DNA of 64,000 nt from Candidatus Nomurabacteria bacterium (GCA_020632215.1 JACKFZ010000005.1:21128-85127); one strand, 5' to 3'. Shown: positions 39,365 to 49,470, counted from the stretch's first letter. The notes: generated by a model not told the origin, from the sequence alone. Made by a program: numbers and translations.

Positions 39365-39448
39365 GTGCACAAGAGAGGACTTGAACCTCCACGCCCATAA
39401 GGGCACACCCACCTCAAGGGTGCGCGTCTACCAATTCCGCCACTCATG
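39365..39448 (-). tRNA. tRNA-Leu (anticodon GAG)
   Basis: Manual fold: acceptor GCATGAG/CTTGTGC (two G-U pairs), D-region TGGCGGAATTGGTAGACGCG as in bacterial tRNA-Leu, anticodon stem CACCC/GGGTG with loop TTGAGGT, long variable arm, T-arm GGAGG-TTCAAGT-CCTCT. Confidence 0.8.
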
Positions 39449-39549
39449 CAAGTGAATTTATCCAAACCAACAATTTGTTTTAATCCAAAGACAAGACGCT
39501 TTGTTATTATCTAAATAATTATTTATTTTTACAAGCAAAATAGAAGTTA

Positions 39550-40059
39550 TTATTCACTCTTTTCTTCTTGGTTTTCGTCTGGAGAAACTTCCTTTTCTGT
39601 TTCTTCTTGTTCTTTAGCAACCACTTCAACATTTTCTTCGATTGATTGTTCATCCTTATCAGAGACAACTTCGTCAGTTTCCGCCTCAACTAAGTCTGCA
39701 CTACTTGCTGAGAAGAAAGTTTGCTTCAACCTCTTACTAATCTGTTTCAAAGCTTTTCTTCGAATATAATATAGTTTCGATCGTCTTACTTTTGATCGTT
39801 TAACAATCTCGATTTTATCGATAATTGGAGAATAAAGAGGAAAAATTTTCTCTACACCATAACCTCCTGTATTTCTTCTAACAGTAAAAGTAGCTCCTGG
39901 CTCTGTGCCATGCTTTCTAGCCAGAATCATTCCTTCAAAAACTTGAAGTCTTGTCTTGCCTTTTTCTTGAATCTTTTGGTAAACACGAACAGTGTCTCCT
40001 GGTCGCATATCTAAGTTTCTTCGTGAGTCTATATTTACTGGTGAGATAACTGTTTTCAT
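39550..40059 (-). CDS. rplS: 50S ribosomal protein L19 with an acidic C-terminal extension
   Basis: MRPGDTVRVYQKIQEKGKTRLQVFEGMILARKHG...KLYYIRRK core. The track ORF (to 40281) has a 74-aa non-homologous N-terminal read-through; the likely start is MKTVISPVN at 40059. Confidence 0.8.
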   Translation of the reverse strand: MKTVISPVNIDSRRNLDMRPGDTVRVYQKIQEKGKTRLQVFEGMILARKHGTEPGATFTVRRNTGGYGVEKIFPLYSPIIDKIEIVKRSKVRRSKLYYIRRKALKQISKRLKQTFFSASSADLVEAETDEVVSDKDEQSIEENVEVVAKEQEETEKEVSPDENQEEKSE

Positions 40060-40715
40060 AATTAATATTGTAGGCAGTAGGTTAACATATGGCTTTAATA
40101 AAGGCAATAGATAAAAAGAGGTTGGGGTCGCCTGATGGACCCCTCCAGAAAGGGAGCATGCTCTTTTCGTGTTATTTATTTTGATTACCCCCATCTGTTG
40201 ATTTCGGCTTTTTCTTTTTCCGGCCAATTTGACCATGGTATTTCCCACCAGGTAAACTTTTGTCAGGATTGTGGTTACCACCCCTAACCTTTGGCGGTCT
40301 TTCGTGTCGTGATTTTTTCATAAAGTTTCCTTTCTTTCGACTCCACTATTTCTATAACACTCGTAAGAATTAAAGCAAGAGATAAAAAAAGAAGCGCCTC
40401 GTGTTTCGGAGTGGGCGCTCTTTCCTCCCTTAAAATTCACTTCTTGGTTTTGGGGCCTTTTTGCATGGCTTGGTTTTTTTCTTGTTTCGCAGCTCGTTTG
40501 GCAGCAGCCCTCTTCAGACGCTCCTGCCTTTTTTTGCATCCCGATCTTCCGTCCTTTGCCATCAGGAATATGCCTTCCTAGGTTAGGGTTAATTTCTGTT
40601 TCTATACTGCACTTTATACTTTTATAGTTTTATTGTAAAGCCGATGTTCTAGAACGTAGTATCTGGTACGCAGAATTTATGTTTCTTCATTTTTCTACAT
40701 TCTACATACTAAATT

Positions 40716-41504
40716 CTACATTCTACATTCCACATTCCACATTCTACACACTCTATCAACTGCATCTTGAAAATCTTCTGGGTAAGGCGCGGTAATGTCT
40801 ACACTTTCCCCTTGTCTATTTTGAAATACAATTTCTCTAGCATGTAGAGCTAACCTTTCAAATCCTAGAAGTTTGGCTCTCCCTGGTGCATAGAGTTCAT
40901 CACAAATCAGTGGATGGTAAATAGCCTTCATATGAACTCTGATCTGGTGTGTTCTCCCCGTCATCGGTCGTGCCTCGACAAAAGAAACATGCTCATGATG
41001 AGATTTTTCATTAGTTGGATTTTCAAAAACCACAGCTCTATTTAAAACTTTTATTTCAGTCACCGCTTCCCTAATTTTTCCTCGAGCAAACTTTTTTACA
41101 GTCCACCTTCTAATGTCGCCCTTGCTTCTACCAATTGGCCAATCAATAGTTTTTTTATCAATTTTTAAATTCCCATAAACAAAAGCATTATAAACTTTGA
41201 GTATTTCCCTTTTCTTGAACTGCGCTTTTAAGTGAGTAAATCCTACTTGAGTTTTTGCAACCAACATCACTCCCGAAGTGTCTTTATCTAATCGATGAAC
41301 AATTCCTGGTCGCTTGATTAACCGTCCGTCTTGCAATTTCAAAGGTTCTCCCACATCTTTTATTTTGGGATATTTTTCCAAAAGCTTATCAGTCAAAGTA
41401 TTATTTAAACTTTTACCATCTGGATGAACAACAACACCAGCAGGTTTATTGATAGCAATTATATCTTCATCTTCGTATAAAATCTCTAGATCAAAGTCTA
41501 TCAT
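40716..41504 (-). CDS. RluA-family pseudouridine synthase
   Basis: HRLDKDTSGVMLVAKT catalytic Asp motif. The last about 9 codons are encoded by the TGTAGAA/TGTGGAA heptamer repeat. Confidence 0.85.
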   Translation of the reverse strand: MIDFDLEILYEDEDIIAINKPAGVVVHPDGKSLNNTLTDKLLEKYPKIKDVGEPLKLQDGRLIKRPGIVHRLDKDTSGVMLVAKTQVGFTHLKAQFKKREILKVYNAFVYGNLKIDKKTIDWPIGRSKGDIRRWTVKKFARGKIREAVTEIKVLNRAVVFENPTNEKSHHEHVSFVEARPMTGRTHQIRVHMKAIYHPLICDELYAPGRAKLLGFERLALHAREIVFQNRQGESVDITAPYPEDFQDAVDRVCRMWNVECRM

Positions 41505-41557
41505 CTAATTATAATGCTCCCACTATACAAAATAGTAATGAAAGTGCAATAAGATAA

Positions 41558-42970
41558 CTACCGAGTTTGTTCTCTGAATATTCTATTGGCTTCCTGACTA
41601 AAAGCGTTATAAATCATGTCTTGTTCACCTTCTGGCACTTTATATAGACTCATCAGATTTCGAATTTCATTCAAACTAGTATCTTCTGGTAATTGATGAC
41701 CTGATAGTTCAGCATATTTCAGTAATCTCTCTAGAGCTTGATTGAATCCTTTTATTACAACTTTTTCTTTATACTTAACAATCAACTCTTTCAACTTATG
41801 TTGATCATCCAATAGACCTCCTTCTACAATTTGCTTGATCTGATTTCTATTCAAAACCTCTGGCAGTGTTTGTCCATGAAAATGTTTATCTCGAATGACA
41901 TTTTGCAAAGTTGAATCGAGATCTTTGGTATTGATACCCAATTCACGATAAGCCACTCGGTACAATTCAAAAACTTTTTGTCTGATACCAGAATCTTTAG
42001 GAATATTATTCAAAATACCAATTGTCTCATTGCTCAAAGGATCATTATCTAATTTTGCTAGCGATAACTCTAATTGACCTAAATAATCAATAATTTTATC
42101 TATACCTCTATAATCAACAAAAGGTTCATTTCTTTTTTCTAAAAAGTAACTTTTCAAATCATCAAAAGTCAGAACATTCTTAGTTTCATTCTCAAAGTTT
42201 TTTGCTGACAATGTCTCTAAGCTGACTTCTCCAAGTTCAGAAAGAAAATCGTCACGTTTTTCTTCTATAGTTCTTTCCCCAAGTTCTTCTCCGATCAGAT
42301 CGAGTGCTGGTAATTTACCACTTTTTGGTTTGGGAGGTGTTGGCTCTACAGGATCACCTTCAAGATCTAAATCTAAAGTAACATCATCCAAATCATGTTT
42401 TGGTCCTTCTAGTGCTCCTAAATCAATACTTGTTCCTGCTCCATCAAAATTTTCTGTATTTGCAACTCTAGGTTTTTTAGGTTCTTCATCGTCAAAATAG
42501 AGAACGACATCATCTAATTCTCCACCTGCTGATGACAAATCAATCGTTACGTCTGGATTTATATTCTCATCCCCACCATCAACATCTCCATACTTACCTA
42601 CAACATCTTCGATCTTTTTTTGTAAACCTCTTTGACTAATTTTGTACCGACCAGCGACCGTTCCATCAGAAATAACTTTGTCCTCTTTCAAGCGATCAAC
42701 AAAATTTTTTAAAAAAACTTCACTGATACCATATTCTTGAAGATGACCTTTTAATAATTCATCACTTAGTAAATAATACCCAAGAATTCCAGATTTTCCT
42801 TCAGCACCTTGCACCAGTTCAACGTATTGTTCATCAGAAAGCATATTGGCAGATTCATTTCCTTCTTTATCGTCTAAAGATATCTTAATATCATCAAAAC
42901 CTGTTCCATCATCAACATCGAGGTCTAATAATACTTCTCCTTCGGTTGTAGCTGCTGTTCTATCTGACAT
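41558..42970 (-). CDS. large acidic hypothetical protein
   Basis: 470 aa, Asp/Glu-rich, no recognisable motif; co-directional with the 784-aa ORF, 18 bp apart. Confidence 0.45.
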   Translation of the reverse strand: MSDRTAATTEGEVLLDLDVDDGTGFDDIKISLDDKEGNESANMLSDEQYVELVQGAEGKSGILGYYLLSDELLKGHLQEYGISEVFLKNFVDRLKEDKVISDGTVAGRYKISQRGLQKKIEDVVGKYGDVDGGDENINPDVTIDLSSAGGELDDVVLYFDDEEPKKPRVANTENFDGAGTSIDLGALEGPKHDLDDVTLDLDLEGDPVEPTPPKPKSGKLPALDLIGEELGERTIEEKRDDFLSELGEVSLETLSAKNFENETKNVLTFDDLKSYFLEKRNEPFVDYRGIDKIIDYLGQLELSLAKLDNDPLSNETIGILNNIPKDSGIRQKVFELYRVAYRELGINTKDLDSTLQNVIRDKHFHGQTLPEVLNRNQIKQIVEGGLLDDQHKLKELIVKYKEKVVIKGFNQALERLLKYAELSGHQLPEDTSLNEIRNLMSLYKVPEGEQDMIYNAFSQEANRIFREQTR

Positions 42971-42988
42971 AATTATGGATATAAATTA

Positions 42989-45343
42989 TTATTTATCACT
43001 TGCTCTAAGTCTACGTGCTTCTGCCTCAAAAGCTGCTATCAGAGTTTCTTTTTCATCAGACGATAATGAAGATTTTTCAACAAGTGCTTTTAAATCAGCA
43101 AAAGTAGGTTTGTTGCTAGTTGGTTTTCCAATCAAACCTTCTTTGATATATTCACGAAATCTGATGACTGCATCTCGAAAAGAGAGCATTTCTGCTGGCC
43201 TAGACACTTCTTCTGCTTTTTTGCTTGAAGCATAATCTCTAAAAGCATCAACTAATTGCTTCCTTTCTCCTACTGATAAATCTGACTTTTCTATTGCTGG
43301 GATAATGTCACGCGCAATATCTTGTTGTGTTCTTTTAAGAGATATTCTACCTGCTTCTATATGTGCTATTAATTTTTCCCTTGCTTCCTCAAAAGATATG
43401 CTTGGTAAATCTTCAGGTTCTGGCAATGGTTCTGGTTCTGATGATAATGATGTTGTCTCTACAGAAGTTTCTTCAGGTTCTTTAGGTTCTTTAGGTTCTT
43501 CTGGTGTTGAGTCATTGGGCCTGTAAAATTTCTCTGGAAGTGGTGGGGGTGTTTCTTCTTTTTCTGATTTAGTTGATTGTCTATTTTTTTTTCTATCTAA
43601 CATCTGAAATATTTTTGTTCTTATCTCAAGCGGTATTTCTAGATACTGTAACAAACGGGAAAGATCATCAGTATTCTTTATTTCTTCTCTTAAAATCTCT
43701 AAGGTCAAATCATCTTCATCTACCCCTTTATGTCTATTTAAAAGATCAACAATATCATCACCTATTTCAACTTCCTGATAAGGCCTCAAAGAATCTATCA
43801 TTTCTCGTCTGTCTCTCAATTTGGTAGGATCTAATTCATGCGACACAGGTTCCTTTTTCCCCTCACTATCAACATTTCCAGTTATAACTTCTCTATTTTT
43901 TATGCCTTTCAAAATTCTACCTTTAACTGCATCCTGTCCTTTTAGACTGTTTAATTGATTAAGAAAAGTAGCCACATCATCCACATCTGAAAAAAGTGGT
44001 ATTGCTACACGATTTCTATTAGCAAGTTGTGTCATAGAATTCCAAATGTATCTTGGTATTATAACGTGTACTTGGTCTTCTAGAGATACAGATGCCCCGG
44101 CAGATTCAAAAGTTCTTTGTGCATCTTTATGAGTGCTCGATAAAATATCAGGAGGATATTCCTCATGATCATCTTTATGTCTGTTATATATTTGCGACTT
44201 TGCGTATCTTTTCATTCGAGACGTATAAAAATCATAATCACTCATATTCCTTTCTGCAGGAGTTTCCTTATTTCGTCTACGACCACTATTAACCATGAGC
44301 AAGAGCCTTTTGAAACCTTCTGGATCATGTATAGAAAAAGAATTTTTTCCAACAATACCTAATTCTCTAGCTACAGGCATAATAACCTTACCAGACTGTT
44401 CTGAAGAAAAACCCATTTCTATTAAATCCCTACCTAAAATTTTTCCGCTAAAACCACTCCCTCTTATTTGATATGCAATTTGATCATGTTTTAATCTTCG
44501 ATACATCCGATCAACAGCCGCCTTTTTTTCCTTCGCTTCTTTAGTTTTTTGTGATTCATCTCCTTCTGTTATTTGTCGTCCCGGTTTCCCATTGTCTGCA
44601 CTGGCTAAACTACCGAAGTGTGGGTCATTTCTTATAGCTTCGGTTGTTGCATCAAAACGCGCTCTCTCTCCCGAAGAAAGAACTCCTTTTAAACCTCCTG
44701 GCGCTACGTTTTGTATCATTTGATACACTGGAGGAGGATAAATTTTACCCAACTTTACTGGCGCTGCTTCTGTTCCCTTTTCACGCAAAGGAGGTCCCAG
44801 TGGAGGCATTGATGTTCCTTCTTTTAGTCTCGATCCCTGACGACTATCAGCATCAAGTTCAAGAAGGTTAAGGGCTTCTGCTTTCTGCTCAGCAATCGAA
44901 GATCTATTTTGTGTTGATGTTTCCGTAGCATCACCTCCTGTTGCATCGTCTCCTTTGTCCTCTGATAACATAGAGTCATCTAGAGGTGGAGGTGTTTCTT
45001 CTCTAACAGGTGCTGTTGATAAATCTTCAACAGAAGGGCTATCACCCCCTTCCTCTACTTCTAAATCTAATTCCAAAGCATCTCTAACAGACAATCCTAA
45101 GTCTTCCAGAATAGCAGTAGTAACTCTGACATCTCCTTTTCTTTTAGCAAAATCTATAATAGCTTGTCTTTCTAAAAAAGCTTCCTTGTCTTTTGGACTT
45201 AAACCTAAACTATCTATACCTTCTTCTGTTAGCAACTCTTGTATAGCATCAAAATCTTTTTTGTTGATTCTCTTTTCTACTGGTTGTGTTGGTTCTTCTA
45301 TTTGCATTACCCTCTCTGGATCTCCTTTTGGACTTTGTGACAT
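42989..45343 (-). CDS. large hypothetical protein with Pro/Glu-rich linker repeats
   Basis: 784 aa, KEPKEPEE repeats, no catalytic motif recognised. Confidence 0.45.
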   Translation of the reverse strand: MSQSPKGDPERVMQIEEPTQPVEKRINKKDFDAIQELLTEEGIDSLGLSPKDKEAFLERQAIIDFAKRKGDVRVTTAILEDLGLSVRDALELDLEVEEGGDSPSVEDLSTAPVREETPPPLDDSMLSEDKGDDATGGDATETSTQNRSSIAEQKAEALNLLELDADSRQGSRLKEGTSMPPLGPPLREKGTEAAPVKLGKIYPPPVYQMIQNVAPGGLKGVLSSGERARFDATTEAIRNDPHFGSLASADNGKPGRQITEGDESQKTKEAKEKKAAVDRMYRRLKHDQIAYQIRGSGFSGKILGRDLIEMGFSSEQSGKVIMPVARELGIVGKNSFSIHDPEGFKRLLLMVNSGRRRNKETPAERNMSDYDFYTSRMKRYAKSQIYNRHKDDHEEYPPDILSSTHKDAQRTFESAGASVSLEDQVHVIIPRYIWNSMTQLANRNRVAIPLFSDVDDVATFLNQLNSLKGQDAVKGRILKGIKNREVITGNVDSEGKKEPVSHELDPTKLRDRREMIDSLRPYQEVEIGDDIVDLLNRHKGVDEDDLTLEILREEIKNTDDLSRLLQYLEIPLEIRTKIFQMLDRKKNRQSTKSEKEETPPPLPEKFYRPNDSTPEEPKEPKEPEETSVETTSLSSEPEPLPEPEDLPSISFEEAREKLIAHIEAGRISLKRTQQDIARDIIPAIEKSDLSVGERKQLVDAFRDYASSKKAEEVSRPAEMLSFRDAVIRFREYIKEGLIGKPTSNKPTFADLKALVEKSSLSSDEKETLIAAFEAEARRLRASDK

Positions 45344-45499
45344 AAAACAAGTTTAATTTAATATAAAAATATTATACTGCAATTTTCATAATATGTAACA
45401 GCAAAAAGTAAACATAATACTCCTTGTATTTGAATTAGTAATTTACTATTGATATTTTTCTCATATTACGATAATCTTTCCTTACTTATTTTGAAATAA

Positions 45500-45576
45500 G
45501 GGCGATTAGCTCAGTTGGCTAGAGCAACCCGTTTACACCGGGTAGGTCGGGGGTTCGAATCCCTCATCGCCCACCA
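45500..45576 (+). tRNA. tRNA-Val (anticodon TAC), CCA encoded
   Basis: GGGCGAT-TA-GCTC-AGTTGGCTA-GAGC-A-ACCCG-TTTACAC-CGGGT-AGGTC-GGGGG-TTCGAAT-CCCTC-ATCGCCC-A-CCA. Confidence 0.85.
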
Positions 45577-45643
45577 CTTCATCAAAACAACAAGGCACTT
45601 CTAAGTGCAGTAAGTAATGTTGTCTTGAGAAGTTATGCTATCC

Positions 45644-45715
45644 GCTCCCGTAGTTCAATGGATAGAACAGGGGACTTCTAAGCCTCTGATGTAGGTTCGA
45701 TTCCTGCCGGGAGCA
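45644..45715 (+). tRNA. tRNA-Arg (anticodon TCT)
   Basis: Acceptor GCTCCCG/CGGGAGC, anticodon loop CTTCTAA, T-loop TTCGATT. Confidence 0.8.
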
Positions 45716-45915
45716 CAAAAAAACAATGAGTCGGACACGAAGTGTATGGAAATTTGTTTTTAGTGCTATCCGCAGGAATCGAAAGGCGGAAACAAAAAGT
45801 CTGGAGGAACGAAGACTTTTTGTTGAGCCGGGGTCGCGAGCACTTAGTATAATTCGAGCTGAGAGCGAAGAATTATACTTAGTGACTTGTGACCGATTCC
45901 TGCCGGGAGCACCAA
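45716..45915 (+). repeat. tRNA-3'-linked conserved structured module (Arg copy)
   Basis: A-rich terminator; tgctatccgcaggaatcgaaaggcggaaac (antisense of the tRNA-Arg 3' end); a hairpin; gagccggggtcgcgagcacttagtataattcgagctgagagcgaagaattatacttagtgacttgtgac; then cgattcctgccgggagcacca (tRNA 3' end + CCA). Confidence 0.6.
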
Positions 45916-46263
45916 TTAATTTGTAGTTTCCTCTACATTCCCTATGGGTTCACTTGGTGTTACAACACTTTGAACTTTAACTTTCAAGGTTTTTTGTTCA
46001 ATTAACGGACCGGTAACCTCTCTTATCTCCCCCGCACTTAATGTTCGACTAGAGACAACACCTTGAACACTTTTGTTTATTTCTTCATTCAGACTTAAGT
46101 ATGTTTTTGTAGCGAAAATCATAAGACCAATACCAACAATAGCCACAATAAATAATATCATTAACCAATCAAAAGAAATTGAGATTCCACTAATGGCCAA
46201 AGTAGTTTTTCTTGTTTCGTGATATCGTCTACTATAGTCTTTGTATTTTTCAAAAATTTTCAT
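45916..46263 (-). CDS. small membrane-anchored protein in a pilMNO-like cluster (PilP-like?)
   Basis: 115 aa, one TM segment; context only. Confidence 0.3.
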   Translation of the reverse strand: MKIFEKYKDYSRRYHETRKTTLAISGISISFDWLMILFIVAIVGIGLMIFATKTYLSLNEEINKSVQGVVSSRTLSAGEIREVTGPLIEQKTLKVKVQSVVTPSEPIGNVEETTN

Positions 46264-46264
46264 A

Positions 46265-46834
46265 TTAATTTGTTAAGACTGAAATATTAAAAATGGCTCC
46301 CCACAACACGGATCCAGATTCACCATCAACAGAAGAAGAAAGACGTAAGCCATCAATTGTAATCTTTTTATCTATCTTTTCCAAAATTGCCAAGAAAGAC
46401 ATTATCGCATTCCAACTACCACGAGTCTGTACTGTTAAAATTAATTCGCCTCCTCCTCTAACTTCCTGACTTTTGATCTCTCCGTTTTCTTCTGTTCTCT
46501 TTGTACGATTTCTATCTTCCAATCGAACATTTTGTATTTCAGCAGTCAGTCCTGTTGTCACAGCAAACTCCTCTATTTTTCCAATAAAATTCACAACAGC
46601 ATCTGGTTCAATAAAAAAATTATTGAGCTCTTCAACTTCAAACTGGATTATTTGCAAAGACTGTTTTATCTCAACGATATTCTCAGACTTCAATTCTTTT
46701 ACTTTTGTTAATGTGTCCAAAAGATGAGTTTTTTGTTTAAAGATAAAAGTAATAAAAAAGATGCTAGCAGTAGTAATTAATGCAAAAAGTATTGTAGATA
46801 TAATCAATATTATTTTGTCTTGCTTATTGTTCAT
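46265..46834 (-). CDS. PilO-like pilus assembly protein
   Basis: 189 aa, N-terminal TM segment then a coiled-coil; context. Confidence 0.35.
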   Translation of the reverse strand: MNNKQDKIILIISTILFALITTASIFFITFIFKQKTHLLDTLTKVKELKSENIVEIKQSLQIIQFEVEELNNFFIEPDAVVNFIGKIEEFAVTTGLTAEIQNVRLEDRNRTKRTEENGEIKSQEVRGGGELILTVQTRGSWNAIMSFLAILEKIDKKITIDGLRLSSSVDGESGSVLWGAIFNISVLTN

Positions 46835-47366
46835 CCTCTTTTGCTAATTTTATTTTTATCAAAAATGGAATATCAGAGCTTCTAGTAAAACTTGATACTG
46901 GTAAATCAACAGCTTCAAAATATGCTGATTCTTCTAATAAATTTCCAAACTCTACTAAACTTTCGCGGTTATTGGCTACACCTTGCAATTCTACAATATC
47001 TCCCTTGTTGTCTTTTTTAAAATCGATGACATTAATCCTGACGGATCTGATTTGCCGACTAGTAACTTCTCTTACCAACTCAGAGACAACAATACTTTCA
47101 GCTTTTAGCGAATTCAACTGAAAACGAATCAGACCAACATCATCTCTTAACTGATTACGATCTTGAGACAAACCGAATACCGTTAGTGAATCTAATTCTT
47201 TTTGAGCTGCATCATTCTGCCCTTTGATTAGAAAAAGCGTTGGAATAAAAGCAATATCTAAGACAATTATAGTAATGATCAAAAACACAAAAAGAAGAGT
47301 GAGAAAACGAATATTGTATTCTCTCTTTAATTTATTTTTCTCTTTTTCAGTAAAAAAATACAACAT
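46824..47366 (-). CDS. PilN-like pilus assembly protein
   Basis: 180 aa, short basic N-terminus then a TM segment; overlaps its neighbours by a few bases. Confidence 0.4.
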   Translation of the reverse strand: MLYFFTEKEKNKLKREYNIRFLTLLFVFLIITIIVLDIAFIPTLFLIKGQNDAAQKELDSLTVFGLSQDRNQLRDDVGLIRFQLNSLKAESIVVSELVREVTSRQIRSVRINVIDFKKDNKGDIVELQGVANNRESLVEFGNLLEESAYFEAVDLPVSSFTRSSDIPFLIKIKLAKEDEQ

Positions 47367-47367
47367 A

Positions 47368-48384
47368 TTACGAATCTTTATTTATCAAAGCTAGTCCAAT
47401 GGCAATACCGTAACGTAATGAGTCTACTTTACTTATTTCTGGAATATATTTATCAAGAGAAAAACAATTTCTCCAAACATCTGCCACTTGAACTGATAAT
47501 CTCAAGTGTCTTTCTAGAAAATTAACTAGGTCGATTGAATTACCAACTTCTCCTGTAACAATAGCCAATTCGATCTTTTCATTCTGACTTGGGTCATGTT
47601 CATTGGTAAACCAGTATATAAGGAGCTTATTTATTTGCTCTTTCAAAATTTGTGCTTCGTTTGAAGTGAGATCGGCAACAACTTGCCCCCCACCAACAGG
47701 CACAGAGGAAGCATATTGAACAATATTTTTCTCGACAATAGATAAGTTTATCTTTGTTGCTCCTAAATGTATTAGTAGGTATGAATCATGATCATTTCGG
47801 TCTATGACAGAACGAGCTAAGGCATGACTTTCAGATTCAAAAGTAATTGGAAATAAATTCAAACTATGCAAAAGTTCGGTGTAAGTTTCTATAACCCCTT
47901 TTGGTAAAGCAGCAACTGTTACCTCAAAGTCATCGCTTACTCCTCGAGTATTTTGGTTCATAACATAATAGTGAAAAATAACATCTTCTGGAGACAATGG
48001 GACATTATCTTCTAGCTTGAACTTAATAGCATGACGAATATTAATAGCTGCTTCTTTTGGTAAAGTAATCTTGAAAATATATGTTTTTAGCTCTGGGATA
48101 GAAACATTAACAAATCTCATCTTATACTTATCTCTTAACTTAACTAGAGCTTCTTGTAACTCATCACAACTAGAAAGATCTTTCTCGCTTTCTAAAAGAC
48201 TACAAGATTCTGTTAAAATAATTTCATCATAAACAACAGGCGTATAACCGTTTTTGGTGTGAGTCATCTGCATCATCCTCACCGCTTTCGGAGAAATTTC
48301 AAGAGCAAAAGGATCCAAAGTTAAGTATTTTGGTACAGGAAAAAATTTTTGCAAAAGAGATGTCTTTCTCTCCGAAATAATCAT
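47368..48384 (-). CDS. PilM-like (actin-fold) pilus assembly ATPase-like protein
   Basis: 338 aa; size and position upstream of the N/O-like genes. Confidence 0.45.
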   Translation of the reverse strand: MIISERKTSLLQKFFPVPKYLTLDPFALEISPKAVRMMQMTHTKNGYTPVVYDEIILTESCSLLESEKDLSSCDELQEALVKLRDKYKMRFVNVSIPELKTYIFKITLPKEAAINIRHAIKFKLEDNVPLSPEDVIFHYYVMNQNTRGVSDDFEVTVAALPKGVIETYTELLHSLNLFPITFESESHALARSVIDRNDHDSYLLIHLGATKINLSIVEKNIVQYASSVPVGGGQVVADLTSNEAQILKEQINKLLIYWFTNEHDPSQNEKIELAIVTGEVGNSIDLVNFLERHLRLSVQVADVWRNCFSLDKYIPEISKVDSLRYGIAIGLALINKDS

Positions 48385-48409
48385 GTATTTATTATATCAA
48401 GAGAAGTCT

Positions 48410-48997
48410 TTAAATAAATTGAATTATTATATAAAAGATAATAACTAAACCTATTGCAAAAGTTAGCCAATTAAAATATTTGAAAACAAAATTACTAATT
48501 TGCGGACCAAACATTTTCATAATCAATCCAACAAACAAAAACCTAAGTGTTCTTCCAATAACAGATGCAATTATAAATATGAAAATATTTACTTTTAACA
48601 AACCAGCAGTAATAGTAAAGATCTTGTAAGGAATAGGAGTAAAAGCAGCTGTGAACAATGCCCAGAATGCATTCTCGTTAAATAATTTGGTGACTTGAAT
48701 CAATTCATTCTGCAAATGATAAGTTTCAACTATCCAATTACCAAATGTTTCAAAAAATAGTAGTCCCAAAAAATACCCAAAAAGTCCTCCTAAAATTGAA
48801 GTGACTGCTACCAACAAACTATTTGTTAACCACCTTCTCTGATCCCTCAATAATGATGCCATCAAGAAAGGGTCCGGTGGAATTGGAAAGAAAGAGCTTT
48901 CCAAAAAAGAAATAATGGAAAGCCACCAACGAACATTTGGACTTTCTATTTTTGCCAAAAAATAATTTTTAAATTTTTCTCTACTCTTAAAAATCAT
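48410..48997 (-). CDS. DedA/VTT-domain membrane protein
   Basis: Internal re-entrant pattern and the G(Y/F)xxG...FTPIPYK motif. Confidence 0.55.
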   Translation of the reverse strand: MIFKSREKFKNYFLAKIESPNVRWWLSIISFLESSFFPIPPDPFLMASLLRDQRRWLTNSLLVAVTSILGGLFGYFLGLLFFETFGNWIVETYHLQNELIQVTKLFNENAFWALFTAAFTPIPYKIFTITAGLLKVNIFIFIIASVIGRTLRFLFVGLIMKMFGPQISNFVFKYFNWLTFAIGLVIIFYIIIQFI

Positions 48998-49015
48998 TCT
49001 TAAATTGTATCAGAT

Positions 49016-49351
49016 TTAGCTCACACGACTTCCTGGTGAAATGTGTTCACCGGCTTCCAAAAGTGAAAAACCGTTTCCTTCTTTATCAGATACAGCCATG
49101 ATCATCCCATTACTTTCAAAACCTTTTATGATTCTTGGTTCAAGATTGGTAGCAAAAGGAACATGTTTCCCGACCAAAGATTGAGGATTCTCAAAATATA
49201 GTCTGATACCTGAAACAATCTGTCTTGGCTCCTCTTCTCCCAGATCAACTGTCAGTTTTAGTAATTTGTCTGCGTCTGGAACAATTTCCACTTCCAAAAT
49301 TTTACCAATGGTAATCTCTGTTTTTTTAAAGTCATCTATTGAAATTTTCAT
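49016..49351 (-). CDS. tRNA-binding protein (CsaA/Trbp111, EMAP-like OB fold)
   Basis: GKILEVEIVPDADKLLKLTVDLGEE..RQIVSGI. Confidence 0.7.
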   Translation of the reverse strand: MKISIDDFKKTEITIGKILEVEIVPDADKLLKLTVDLGEEEPRQIVSGIRLYFENPQSLVGKHVPFATNLEPRIIKGFESNGMIMAVSDKEGNGFSLLEAGEHISPGSRVS

Positions 49352-49470
49352 GTTAGCAATCAGGATTCAGACATCAGACTTCAGATAATAAGCCTGCTTG
49401 CCTTTTTTATTTAATAAAATTTAATCTTATCTTTATATATTTTTCATAGACTTTATGCAAGATTAAAATA

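Noticed and set aside
40060-40281. 74-residue N-terminal extension of rplS in the track ORF
   Set aside because: No L19 homology; the internal Met at 40059 gives a canonical L19 start; the upstream segment is leader sequence.
40175-40539. Two tiny GC-rich ORFs (73 aa and a 49-aa very basic KGG-like peptide) upstream of rplS with an ATGA start/stop overlap
   Set aside because: No recognisable family and low complexity; mentioned only as part of the GC-rich island pattern, not called as genes.
42989-45343. Initially suspected RNA polymerase sigma-70 (RpoD) because of size and the acidic N-terminal region
   Set aside because: No region 2.4 (-10 recognition) or 4.2 helix-turn-helix motifs are found on reading the sequence; left as hypothetical.
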